Shown: in pieces, positions 27,075 through 35,228 of the stretch
Numbering within the stretch: position 1 is the first letter of the stretch
Layout: each line of letters begins with the position of its first letter
Assembly (NCBI GenBank): GCA_016719225.1
Contig: JADKAN010000004.1
Coordinates: forward strand, 578,707 to 642,706
DNA: 64,000 nucleotides
Direction of reading: 5' to 3'
Source: Flavobacteriales bacterium
GTDB lineage: Bacteria; Bacteroidota; Bacteroidia; Flavobacteriales_F; PHOS-HE28
Position numbers and translations under genes: made by a program
Notes under the pieces: generated by a model
Databases searched by the model: none
What the model was told of the DNA's origin: nothing
Seen by the model: only the letters and a program-made list of their open reading frames with translations

Positions 27075-28574
27075 TTACCGACGGCTCTCTCCAGCAGTGA
27101 ATTTCGCAGGGGTGAACAGCAGGATCGCCAGTGTGATCAGGCCGATCACCACCATGCCCGTGTACACGTTCCGCGTCGCATCGAAGAAGGCCTCCCGCAG
27201 ATAAAGGCTCACGGCCGAAGCCGGACCATGATGTTGAAGTGTCTCCATCACTTTGTCCACAGACGGCAGGGCTGAACGCAGGCCGGCTGGTGCATGCTGC
27301 ATTTGCTCAGAGAGCCGCGAGTTGAAAACGGCAGCGAAGATGGCCGCGCCAAGGGTTTGACCGAAATAGCGGGAGAACATATTGGTGCCGGTCACCACGC
27401 CGCGCTGTCCCCATTCCACGGTGGATTGAACGCCGATCAATAGCGGAGTGGCGATCAGGCCGAAGCCAGCGCCCAGCGTCATTTGTATCGCGACCAAGCT
27501 CCACACCGGCCCAGGAAAAGGCAGGAACAAAAAGGCGGAAGCACCGATGAGTGCCAGAATGATCCCGCAGAGCGCCGTGTTCCGGAAGCCGACGCGCAAA
27601 TAGAGTTTCCCTGCAAGCCCGGAAGCCAAAGGCCAAGTGATGCTCATGCTCGCCAGAATGAATCCCGCCGCGATGGCGCCCACACCGGTGACTGACTGCG
27701 CAAAGATCGGCAGGAACATATTGGGACCCATCGTGAGCGTCCCCATGCTGATGGTCGCCAAGTTGGCGCCGACAAGCACCCTTCGGCTCCACACCCAACG
27801 CGGTAGAATGGGTTCCTCCGCACGTCGCTCGATCCGCATGGTCACGAACACCAACAGAATGGACATAAAAACGAAGCTCAAGGTGGTGAAGGAGAGCCAA
27901 GGCCAGCCCACGCCACCTTGGAGCAGGCCGAACATGATAACCGTGCCGGTAACCAGCATGGCCCCAGCACCGAGCCAATCCACTTTATGCCGTTTGGTAA
28001 ACTTGGTCTCCTGCAGGAAGTGGGCGATCAGCGCGATCGAACCCAGCCCGATGGGAATGTTGATCAGGAAGATCCAGCGCCACGAGGCATATTCCGCTAA
28101 AGCACCGCCGATCGCAGGCCCCAGGATCGCGGACATGCCCCAAACGCTCGACAACCAACCTTGGATCTTCGCGCGCTCCTTGATCGTGTAGATATCGCCA
28201 GCGATGGTGTTCACCGTTGCCATGATCGAACCCGCGCCCATCGCTTGAAGGCCCCGGAAGGCGATCAAGGATTGCATATTCCAAGCAGAAGCACACGCCG
28301 CCGAACCCATCAGGAAAATGGAGACACCGAAGATCAGGATAGGCTTACGCCCGAAGATGTCGGCCAGCTTGCCATAGATGGGAATGGTGATCGTCTGGAC
28401 CAAGAGATAGATGGAGAACAGCCAACTGAATAATGAGAAGCCACCTAAATCGGCCACGATCTGGGGGATGGCCGTGGCCACGATGGTATTGTCCATCGCC
28501 GCCAGCGCCATGGTGAGCATCAGCGCGGCCAGGATCCAATTCCTGTGTAACTCCTTAACCGGACGTTCTTCCAT
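27075..28574 (-). CDS. MFS transporter, DHA2 (EmrB/QacA, 14-TMS) family
   Basis: 499 aa with about 14 hydrophobic segments. Motif A-like region reads GKLADIFGRKP. Confidence 0.85.
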   Translation of the reverse strand: MEERPVKELHRNWILAALMLTMALAAMDNTIVATAIPQIVADLGGFSLFSWLFSIYLLVQTITIPIYGKLADIFGRKPILIFGVSIFLMGSAACASAWNMQSLIAFRGLQAMGAGSIMATVNTIAGDIYTIKERAKIQGWLSSVWGMSAILGPAIGGALAEYASWRWIFLINIPIGLGSIALIAHFLQETKFTKRHKVDWLGAGAMLVTGTVIMFGLLQGGVGWPWLSFTTLSFVFMSILLVFVTMRIERRAEEPILPRWVWSRRVLVGANLATISMGTLTMGPNMFLPIFAQSVTGVGAIAAGFILASMSITWPLASGLAGKLYLRVGFRNTALCGIILALIGASAFLFLPFPGPVWSLVAIQMTLGAGFGLIATPLLIGVQSTVEWGQRGVVTGTNMFSRYFGQTLGAAIFAAVFNSRLSEQMQHAPAGLRSALPSVDKVMETLQHHGPASAVSLYLREAFFDATRNVYTGMVVIGLITLAILLFTPAKFTAGESRR

Positions 28575-28908
28575 GGGATATACTTCGCCAGACTGCGCAT
28601 AACGTACCTACGCTCGGTTCTGCCGAGCGCTTGCCGCCAGACAACGGAGCACATTCAATTAGCGCGGACAAAGATCGGGAAGAAGAGCAACCTTAACCTC
28701 TGATGGACACTGCCGCGAAGATGCTCAAGGCCAAACAATCGCAACATGGCTGAGCAGCGCAGCGCCTTCCCCAGGAACGAATGTCATTCCGGGCTTGACA
28801 GGGTCCCGGGATGCATCCGTGGGCGCAAATGGCGCGCCCGTGATCATCCGGACACCAGTGATCGTCTGATCAACGATCGTCGACAGCACATCCCTACCTT
28901 TATCCAAC

Positions 28909-29445
28909 ATGCCTGACATCCTGATCAACTACTTCAAAACTCCCGTTGGAGAGATGATCCTTGGGTCATTCGAGGAACAACTCTGCCTCGCCGATTGGCG
29001 ATACCGCAGCATGCGGACCACGATCGACAAGCGCATTCGAAAAGGCTTGAATGCCGAGTACAAGGAGGGCGGTACCGATGTGATCGAACTAGCTAGGATG
29101 CAGCTCAGCGAATACTTCGCAGGGGAACGTACCTCGTTCGATGTGCCGCTACATATGGTGGGAACGGATTTCCAAAAGCGCGTGTGGAAGGCGCTCATCG
29201 ATGTTCCGCATGGTACAACTTCCACCTATGCCGCATTGACCGAAGTGGTAGCCGAGAAGACGGCGATACGCGCGGTAGCTGGTGCGAATGGCGCGAATGC
29301 CATCTCGATCATCATTCCCTGCCACCGCATAATTGGTAGCACTGGCGAACTGGTGGGTTACGCAGGTGGGCTGTCCGCGAAGAAGAAGTTGTTGCAGTTG
29401 GAAGGCGTGCTGGTTGGAGAGCCGGAGTTGTTCCCGACAGACTGA
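28909..29445 (+). CDS. ogt: methylated-DNA--protein-cysteine methyltransferase
   Basis: Active site IIIPCHRIIGSTGELVGYAGG, preceded by FQKRVWKAL..VPHGTTSTY. Confidence 0.92.
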   Translation: MPDILINYFKTPVGEMILGSFEEQLCLADWRYRSMRTTIDKRIRKGLNAEYKEGGTDVIELARMQLSEYFAGERTSFDVPLHMVGTDFQKRVWKALIDVPHGTTSTYAALTEVVAEKTAIRAVAGANGANAISIIIPCHRIIGSTGELVGYAGGLSAKKKLLQLEGVLVGEPELFPTD

Positions 29446-29644
29446 GTGTCGGTCTCAAAACTCGCGCGAGCATCCGTGCCCGTGAACAAAGCCGCCGTCG
29501 TCCATGGCACGGGAGGACGGCCGACTGCCAGAGGTGCTGAAGGACCTGACTCCAGCGCCATGGCCCAGAGGTCCACATAAGCGTTTATCTTTCTTTCACT
29601 GCCATCAATGTTCCATCACACAGTGTTCGTCCGACCTTTGTGCC

Positions 29645-30553
29645 ATGTCCATCTCCGTGCGCAACATCACCAAGCAGTTCGGCTCCCAAAAAGCGCTCGA
29701 TGGTATTTCCTTCGAGATCGGCGGGAGCGAGGTCGTAGGCTTCCTTGGCCCGAACGGTGCGGGTAAGAGCACGATGATGAAGATACTCACCTGCTTTTTG
29801 CCACCCACCAGCGGCGATGCCAGTGTGTGCGGCTTCGACATCCGCGAGGCCAGCATGGACGTGCGCCGTAACGTGGGTTACCTGCCCGAGCACAACCCGT
29901 TGTACACGGACCTCTATGTGCGGGAATACTTGGAGTTCGTTGCCGGGCTGCACAAAATGAAGAACGTTTCCGCCCGTGTGAAGGAGATGATCGGCATGGT
30001 GGGACTGGAACGCGAGCAGCACAAGCAGATCGGTGCACTGAGCAAAGGCTACCGCCAGCGTGTGGGCTTGGCACAGGCCATGATCCACGATCCCAAGGTG
30101 CTCATCCTCGATGAACCTACCAGCGGATTGGACCCCAACCAGCTGGAGGAGATCCGGGGCCTGATCAAACACATCGGGGAAGCACGCACGGTGATGCTGA
30201 GCACGCACATCATGCAAGAGGTGGAGGCCATCTGTAGCCGCGTCATCATCATAGACAAGGGCCGCATTGTTGCGGACGATAATGCTAAGCACCTCCGCGG
30301 GATGGGCGATAAGCGGCAAGCTATCCTCGTGGAGTTCGACGGAACGACCACCGGGGAGGAACTGCTCGCCTTACCTGGTGTGGAAGCTGTGGATCGTGGC
30401 AGCGGAAATACATGGACCATTACCTTCCCAGAGGATCAAGATATCAGGCCCGCCGTTTTCCAGTTCGCGGTGGACAAGGGACTGAAAGTACTTACCCTTC
30501 AACGCTCTGAACGGGACTTGGAGGATGTGTTCAAGGAGCTTACACGCAGGTAG
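29645..30553 (+). CDS. gldA: gliding-motility-associated ABC transporter ATP-binding subunit GldA
   Basis: The start is trimmed to MSISVRNITKQFGSQKALDGISF. Walker A is GPNGAGKST, the signature is LSKGYRQRVGLA, and Walker B is LILDEPTSGLD. Overall it closely resembles F. johnsoniae GldA as I remember it. Confidence 0.8.
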   Translation: MSISVRNITKQFGSQKALDGISFEIGGSEVVGFLGPNGAGKSTMMKILTCFLPPTSGDASVCGFDIREASMDVRRNVGYLPEHNPLYTDLYVREYLEFVAGLHKMKNVSARVKEMIGMVGLEREQHKQIGALSKGYRQRVGLAQAMIHDPKVLILDEPTSGLDPNQLEEIRGLIKHIGEARTVMLSTHIMQEVEAICSRVIIIDKGRIVADDNAKHLRGMGDKRQAILVEFDGTTTGEELLALPGVEAVDRGSGNTWTITFPEDQDIRPAVFQFAVDKGLKVLTLQRSERDLEDVFKELTRR

Positions 30554-30699
30554 CGTTCACGGGATCTCGGTGGTTGCTGCCTAGTGTTCCATGTTTGCTG
30601 CCGTGCAAAGGTGTTTGTTGGAAAATTCATCCGGGCAAAACCTTTCCTTTGCGCCCTTCCTCGCCTTTCGACCACAACCATCCTCTTTAACCGTAGCGC

Positions 30700-31962
30700 A
30701 TGCCATACCTCTTCACCTCCGAAAGCGTAAGCGAAGGACATCCTGACAAGGTCGCCGATCAGATCAGTGATGCCCTCATCGATCACTTCCTCGCTTTCGA
30801 CCCCGAAAGCAAAGTGGCCTGCGAAACATTGGTGACCACCGGGCAGGTGATACTTGCCGGCGAGGTGAAGAGCAACGCATACCTGGACGTGCAGCAGATC
30901 GCTAGGGAAGTGATCCGCCGCATCGGCTACACGCGCAGCGAGTACATGTTCGAAGCCGATTCCTGCGGGGTGCTCAGCGCCATTCACGAGCAAAGCCCCG
31001 ACATCAACCAAGGTGTGATGCGCAAGAAGCCCGAGGACCAGGGCGCGGGCGACCAGGGCATGATGTTCGGTTACGCCTGCCGCGACACGGATTCCTACAT
31101 GCCGCTTGCGTTGGACCTGAGCCATCGGTTGCTGCAGGAGCTCGCCGCGATCCGCCGCGAGAAGAATTCCAAAATGCCCTACCTGCGTCCTGACGCGAAA
31201 AGCCAAGTGACCATCGAGTACGGGGATGACCACACTCCTTTGCGCATCGACGCCATCGTGATCAGTACCCAGCACGATGATTTTGATACCGAGCCGAAGA
31301 TGTTGGCGAAGATCAAGAAGGATGTGCTGGAGATCCTTATCCCCCGCGTAAAGAAGCAGCTCTCCAAGCGGGTCCAAGCCCTCTTCAACGACAAGATCCA
31401 ATACCACATCAACCCCACCGGCAAGTTCGTTATCGGCGGACCGCACGGCGATACCGGCCTCACCGGCCGTAAGATCATCGTTGATACTTACGGAGGCAAG
31501 GGTGCGCACGGCGGTGGTGCCTTCAGCGGGAAGGATCCGAGCAAGGTGGACCGCAGCGCTGCCTATGCAGCACGGCACGTGGCCAAGAATTTGGTCGCAG
31601 CCGGTGTTTGCGACGAAGTACTGGTGCAGGTTGCCTATGCCATCGGCGTGGCCAAGCCCGTTGGCTTTTACGTGAACACCTATGGGACCGCTAAAGTGAA
31701 GATGAACGATGGCAAGATCGCAAACATCTTGACGGGCATGAAGGAGCTGGACATGCGTCCGTACTTCATCGAGCAGCGCTTCAACCTGCGCACGCCTATT
31801 TACAGCGAGACCGCCGCATACGGACACATGGGCCGCACGCCACGCACCGTGACCAAGAAGTTCGATAACGCAGGTAAGCAGGTCACGGTGAAGGTGAAGC
31901 TCTTCCCTTGGGAGGAATTGGATGCCGTGCCGTCCTTGAAGAAGGCTTTCGGGATCAACTAG
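30700..31962 (+). CDS. metK: S-adenosylmethionine synthase
   Basis: [25 protein letters not shown]..., [36 protein letters not shown]. Confidence 0.97.
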   Translation: MPYLFTSESVSEGHPDKVADQISDALIDHFLAFDPESKVACETLVTTGQVILAGEVKSNAYLDVQQIAREVIRRIGYTRSEYMFEADSCGVLSAIHEQSPDINQGVMRKKPEDQGAGDQGMMFGYACRDTDSYMPLALDLSHRLLQELAAIRREKNSKMPYLRPDAKSQVTIEYGDDHTPLRIDAIVISTQHDDFDTEPKMLAKIKKDVLEILIPRVKKQLSKRVQALFNDKIQYHINPTGKFVIGGPHGDTGLTGRKIIVDTYGGKGAHGGGAFSGKDPSKVDRSAAYAARHVAKNLVAAGVCDEVLVQVAYAIGVAKPVGFYVNTYGTAKVKMNDGKIANILTGMKELDMRPYFIEQRFNLRTPIYSETAAYGHMGRTPRTVTKKFDNAGKQVTVKVKLFPWEELDAVPSLKKAFGIN

Positions 31963-32099
31963 TTGTCATACTGCTAGCCCCTTCAGTATTCGTGGCAGGT
32001 ACGAAGGCGTTCCGAGCGATCACGCGATCACTTTCCACCTTTAACCTTCCATCAAACCCGCTGTGGCTCCGGAGGTGAGTGTCGGAACCGGGGTTCGAA

Positions 32100-32161
32100 A
32101 GTGCACGGAACTCCCTGACAACTAACAACTCACCACTAACAACTGACCAAGTTGTTTGTCG
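32100..32161 (+). repeat. low-complexity ACAACT-type repeat module sharing a 14-mer with the rsgA insert
   Basis: GACAACTAACAACT at 32117-32130 is the exact reverse complement of 26174-26187. It is followed by CACCACTAACAACTGACCAAGTTGTTTGTCGG, which contains a local ACAACT/AGTTGT hairpin. Confidence 0.4.
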
Positions 32162-32204
32162 GATCATAAAGAAGCACTACTTTCGCACCCCATTTTCAGG
32201 AACC

Positions 32205-32726
32205 ATGTACGCCATTGTAGAGATCGCCGGGCAGCAATTCAAGGTGCAAGCCCCCCAAAAACTGAAAGTCCACCGGCTTGAGCTGGAGGAAGGCAAACAC
32301 GTGGAGCTCGGCAACGTGCTGCTCGTAAGCCATGATGGCAAGACCAGCATTGGTACGCCCATGGTGGACGGTGCCCGCATCGCTGCGAAGGTGCTGGTGC
32401 ACAGCAAAGGTGATAAGGTCCTGATCGGCAAGAAGAAACGTCGCAAAGGCTACCAGAAGGTGAACGGCCATCGCCAATACCTCACCGAGCTTTGGATCGA
32501 AGCGATCCTGGCGAAAGGCGAGAAGTTCGATGCCAGCAAGAGCACGGCTCCTGCGGTCGTCCCTTACGCTCCTGCGGTTAAGAAGACCCGTGCAACGGTG
32601 GAAGCCGCTCCGGTTAAGAAAGCCCCGGCCAAAAAGGCACCGGCAAAGAAAGTGGCCGCCAAAAAGGCTCCTGCCAAGAAGGCGGCGGCAAAGAAGGCAG
32701 CTCCTAAAAAGGACGATAAGAAATAA
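32205..32726 (+). CDS. rplU: 50S ribosomal protein L21 with ~70-aa Lys/Ala/Pro-rich C-terminal extension
   Basis: The start is trimmed to MYAIVEIAGQQFKV (ATG at 32205). The L21 core runs through ...GHRQYLTELWIE. The tail then reads ...VKKAPAKKAPAKKVAAKKAPAKKAAAKKAAPKKDDKK. Confidence 0.9.
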   Translation: MYAIVEIAGQQFKVQAPQKLKVHRLELEEGKHVELGNVLLVSHDGKTSIGTPMVDGARIAAKVLVHSKGDKVLIGKKKRRKGYQKVNGHRQYLTELWIEAILAKGEKFDASKSTAPAVVPYAPAVKKTRATVEAAPVKKAPAKKAPAKKVAAKKAPAKKAAAKKAAPKKDDKK

Positions 32727-32762
32727 GTGTCACCAGGTTCATCCTGATAGACCCCCCAAGCC

Positions 32763-33362
32763 ATGGCACACAAGAAAGGAGCAGGTAGTACGCAGAACGG
32801 TCGCGAGTCCCACTCGAAGCGCCTCGGCGTTAAAATTTACGGGGGCAGTGTCGCCGTAGCAGGAAACATCATCGTACGCCAACGCGGCACCCACCACCAT
32901 GCGGGCCGTAACGTTGGTGTAGGTGTGGACCACACTCTATACGCACTTACGAGCGGTATCGTGGAATTCCGTCGCAAGCGCGACAACAAGAGCTACGTGA
33001 GCGTGTTGCCCGAAGGCATGGCCACCACGTTCCGCGGCCAAGGCGTGAAAGGACAGATGGCCGCAGCGGCTCCTGCGCCAAAGGCTGCAGCCAAAGCCGC
33101 TAAGGCAACAAAGGCCGACGACCTGAAGAAGGTGGAAGGCATCGGCCCGAAGATCGCCGAGCTCTTCAATGAAGCTGGTATCAACAGCTTCGCTGAACTT
33201 GCAGCTACTTCCGTGGATAAGCTGAAGGGCATCCTCGAAGCCGCAGGGTCGCATTTCGCATCGCACGATCCCGGCACGTGGCCCAAGCAGGCCGAACTCG
33301 CTGCCGCAGGCAAGTGGGACGAGCTGAAGACGTGGCAGGATGAGCTGAACGGCGGCAAGTAA
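32763..33362 (+). CDS. rpmA: 50S ribosomal protein L27 fused to a C-terminal Ala/Lys linker and helix-hairpin-helix module
   Basis: The L27 core [38 protein letters not shown]... covers about the first 85 aa. With no stop codon, the ORF continues ...[49 protein letters not shown]...[28 protein letters not shown]. Confidence 0.85.
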   Translation: MAHKKGAGSTQNGRESHSKRLGVKIYGGSVAVAGNIIVRQRGTHHHAGRNVGVGVDHTLYALTSGIVEFRRKRDNKSYVSVLPEGMATTFRGQGVKGQMAAAAPAPKAAAKAAKATKADDLKKVEGIGPKIAELFNEAGINSFAELAATSVDKLKGILEAAGSHFASHDPGTWPKQAELAAAGKWDELKTWQDELNGGK

Positions 33363-33385
33363 GCCGTCGCACCAAATAGAATTCA

Positions 33386-33416
33386 AAGCCCCCGGATCTT
33401 CCGGGGGCTTTTTTTT
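33386..33416 (+). terminator. rho-independent terminator after rplU-rpmA
   Basis: AAAGCCCCCGG-ATCTT-CCGGGGGCTTTTTTTT. The stem is a perfect 11 bp and is followed by a T-run. Confidence 0.9.
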
Positions 33417-33532
33417 GGCATTACTTCTCACCGCGTTAGCAGTCGGAACACAGCATCACTCCTTTACATAAGGTTCTGTGGAACAAAGCTCTTTCGTTTT
33501 TCACGGGTGCGTCCGGACCCTCCGCGCGATTT

Positions 33533-34618
33533 CTACTTCGTCCCCAACAATGTTTTCGCCTGTTCAGCGTAGAAACCGCCGCCGTTGGCGATGCGCTCCA
33601 AACCCGGTCGCGCAGCTTGCCTACCGTTCTCTTTGTCCGTGGCCAAGGCTTCGTACCATACCGCCTCTTCGGCAAAACTGTCCACAACATTCACTGCCGC
33701 GGCATGTAACAGCTTCGAAGCCCGTGGGTACAGACCCAGCCGGTAGCAGGCCAATCCGGCATAGAACTGCGCGTTCACATCGGCAGGGTATTGGCCAAGG
33801 AGGAAGTACAGGTCGTCCAACGCGATACGGTCGTTGCCTTTTGCGAGGGCGCCTAATGAGCTTTCCATGAAATCCAGATAGGGCTGGGCGGAAGGAGCTC
33901 CAGCGTCGCCTTTTCCGATGCCCTTGTTCGCAGGAACGCCAGGAGAAGGAAGCACGGGGGAATTCACACCGTAGAGCTCAAGCGGATGAACCACTTTCAG
34001 GTCGTGCAGGAAGACCAATTTCCTGGATGGTCTTGTGCTCCGGGGTTTTTTTGGCGCGGCAGGTGCCTGATCATGTTCCACTGTTACCGGTTGCGTAGCG
34101 ATACGCTCCACGATCTCCCGCTTCACTGTTTCGGTGTGTGCTCCAGGCGCATCAAACCGTTCAGGTGTTGTGCGTTGGAATTGTTTTGGCGTGTTTGCCG
34201 GCAGGGCGGCGATCTCCGCATGAACAACTTGCAAAGTGCTTTCCACAGCCGCAGGAACAACTTGCGGAAGAACTTCTTGTCTCACTTGGACAATGGGCCT
34301 CGGAGCATCTTGGACCGGCACATTCACCGGCCAGAAATACCACGTCCCAAGGCCCATCAGCACTATCAAAACTGGAACAAGGAAGGAATTCCACTTCACC
34401 GTCCCGCTTTGGAAATCCGGCTTGTGCAATTCCGCGAGCGCGGACAACGATCCCGGGTGCTCCAGTCCCTCTACTGCATCACGGAGCAGCGGGTCACCTT
34501 CAATGCGAAGTTCCACCGCGTGGCGTTCCTCCGGGGAAAGCAAGCCACCGGCATAGCGTTCCAGCAGCTCGTGGCTAAGCGGCGAGCGCGGCGTGAAGGG
34601 ATCAGTGCTGTGGTCCAT
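33533..34618 (-). CDS. anti-sigma factor-like membrane protein with C-terminal TPR-like domain
   Basis: The N-terminus SHELLERYAGGLLSPEERHAVELRIEGDPLLRDAVEGL has the typical anti-sigma opening. There is a single TM (FLVPVLIVLMGLGTWYFWPV). The start overlaps the ECF sigma gene's stop region by 17 nt. Confidence 0.65.
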   Translation of the reverse strand: MDHSTDPFTPRSPLSHELLERYAGGLLSPEERHAVELRIEGDPLLRDAVEGLEHPGSLSALAELHKPDFQSGTVKWNSFLVPVLIVLMGLGTWYFWPVNVPVQDAPRPIVQVRQEVLPQVVPAAVESTLQVVHAEIAALPANTPKQFQRTTPERFDAPGAHTETVKREIVERIATQPVTVEHDQAPAAPKKPRSTRPSRKLVFLHDLKVVHPLELYGVNSPVLPSPGVPANKGIGKGDAGAPSAQPYLDFMESSLGALAKGNDRIALDDLYFLLGQYPADVNAQFYAGLACYRLGLYPRASKLLHAAAVNVVDSFAEEAVWYEALATDKENGRQAARPGLERIANGGGFYAEQAKTLLGTK

Positions 34619-35162
34619 GGCGTTCCAATGCTATGCGCAGGTTCCTCCTGCCGTTCTGAAGATGACTGCGCACTTGTTCAAGCGGGTAACCCGTGCGCTC
34701 GGCCACTTCTTGGTAACTCTTCCGATCCAAATAGAAAAGGCGTATGCAGGCTTCTTGTCCTTCGGGCAACAGCGTGATGGCCATCTCCAATTCCTGCAAC
34801 GAGGCTTCGTGTAGAACCGCTTCATCCCCTTGGTCGTCCTGTGGCTGCAAGGCCATGTCCGATCGCACCGTTGAACCCGTTTTGCGCAACATCATCAGGC
34901 ACCGGTTCCGGATGACGACATGCACCCACGGACGGAACGCTTTCACCTCGTGCGCCACGATCAACGCCGGCAACTCAGCGAACAGCCCCATCACCGCGTC
35001 CTTGCTAACCTCAACGTCTTTCAAGTACTTCATGGCGACGCCGAACAACAAGTGTGCATATCGGTCCCACAACATCCCCAATGAAGAACGGTCGCCAGCG
35101 CGAAGCCTAGCGACCAATTCCTCATCGGAAAGGCCCGGAGCGATCTTGTTGCGGAGGAACAT
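34602..35162 (-). CDS. ECF-type RNA polymerase sigma-70 family factor
   Basis: 186 aa. Region 2 contains ...LFGVAMKYLKD...DAVMGLF...FRPWVHVVIRNRC. Region 4 contains ...LFYLDRKSYQEVAERTGYPLEQVRSHLQNGRRNLR. Confidence 0.88.
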   Translation of the reverse strand: MFLRNKIAPGLSDEELVARLRAGDRSSLGMLWDRYAHLLFGVAMKYLKDVEVSKDAVMGLFAELPALIVAHEVKAFRPWVHVVIRNRCLMMLRKTGSTVRSDMALQPQDDQGDEAVLHEASLQELEMAITLLPEGQEACIRLFYLDRKSYQEVAERTGYPLEQVRSHLQNGRRNLRIALERHGPQH

Positions 35163-35228
35163 GCCGAAGCGGCTGGGTGGTTGTTGGTGTAAGCGCAGGC
35201 CGATAACTCAAGACTCCGGACTCATGCA

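Noticed and set aside
27307-27978. 223-aa alternative-frame minus-strand ORF inside the MFS transporter gene
   Set aside because: It is on the same strand but out of frame with a clear 14-TMS transporter. The sequence is Arg/His/Gly-rich, so it is not a credible overlapping gene.
28725-28928. 67-aa minus-strand ORF in the MFS/ogt intergenic region
   Set aside because: It overlaps the ogt start and is built around the REP-like hairpin. It has no start context or domain, so it is likely spurious.
30554-30699. Possible SAM riboswitch in the 146-nt leader of metK
   Set aside because: I could not find the SAM-I core (no ...GAGGGA...GCAACC...AGATGA-type elements) or the SAM-II/SAM-V AAAGCU pseudoknot signature by eye. 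Only a weak GGGCAAA...TTTGCGCCC hairpin is present, and it more likely terminates gldA. An Rfam/Infernal scan would settle this.
30499-31827. 442-aa ORF on the minus strand covering the whole of metK
   Set aside because: It is antisense to an unmistakable metK. The translation is Arg/His/Gly/Val-rich with no motifs. This is a typical shadow ORF in GC-rich DNA where stop codons are rare on the opposite strand.
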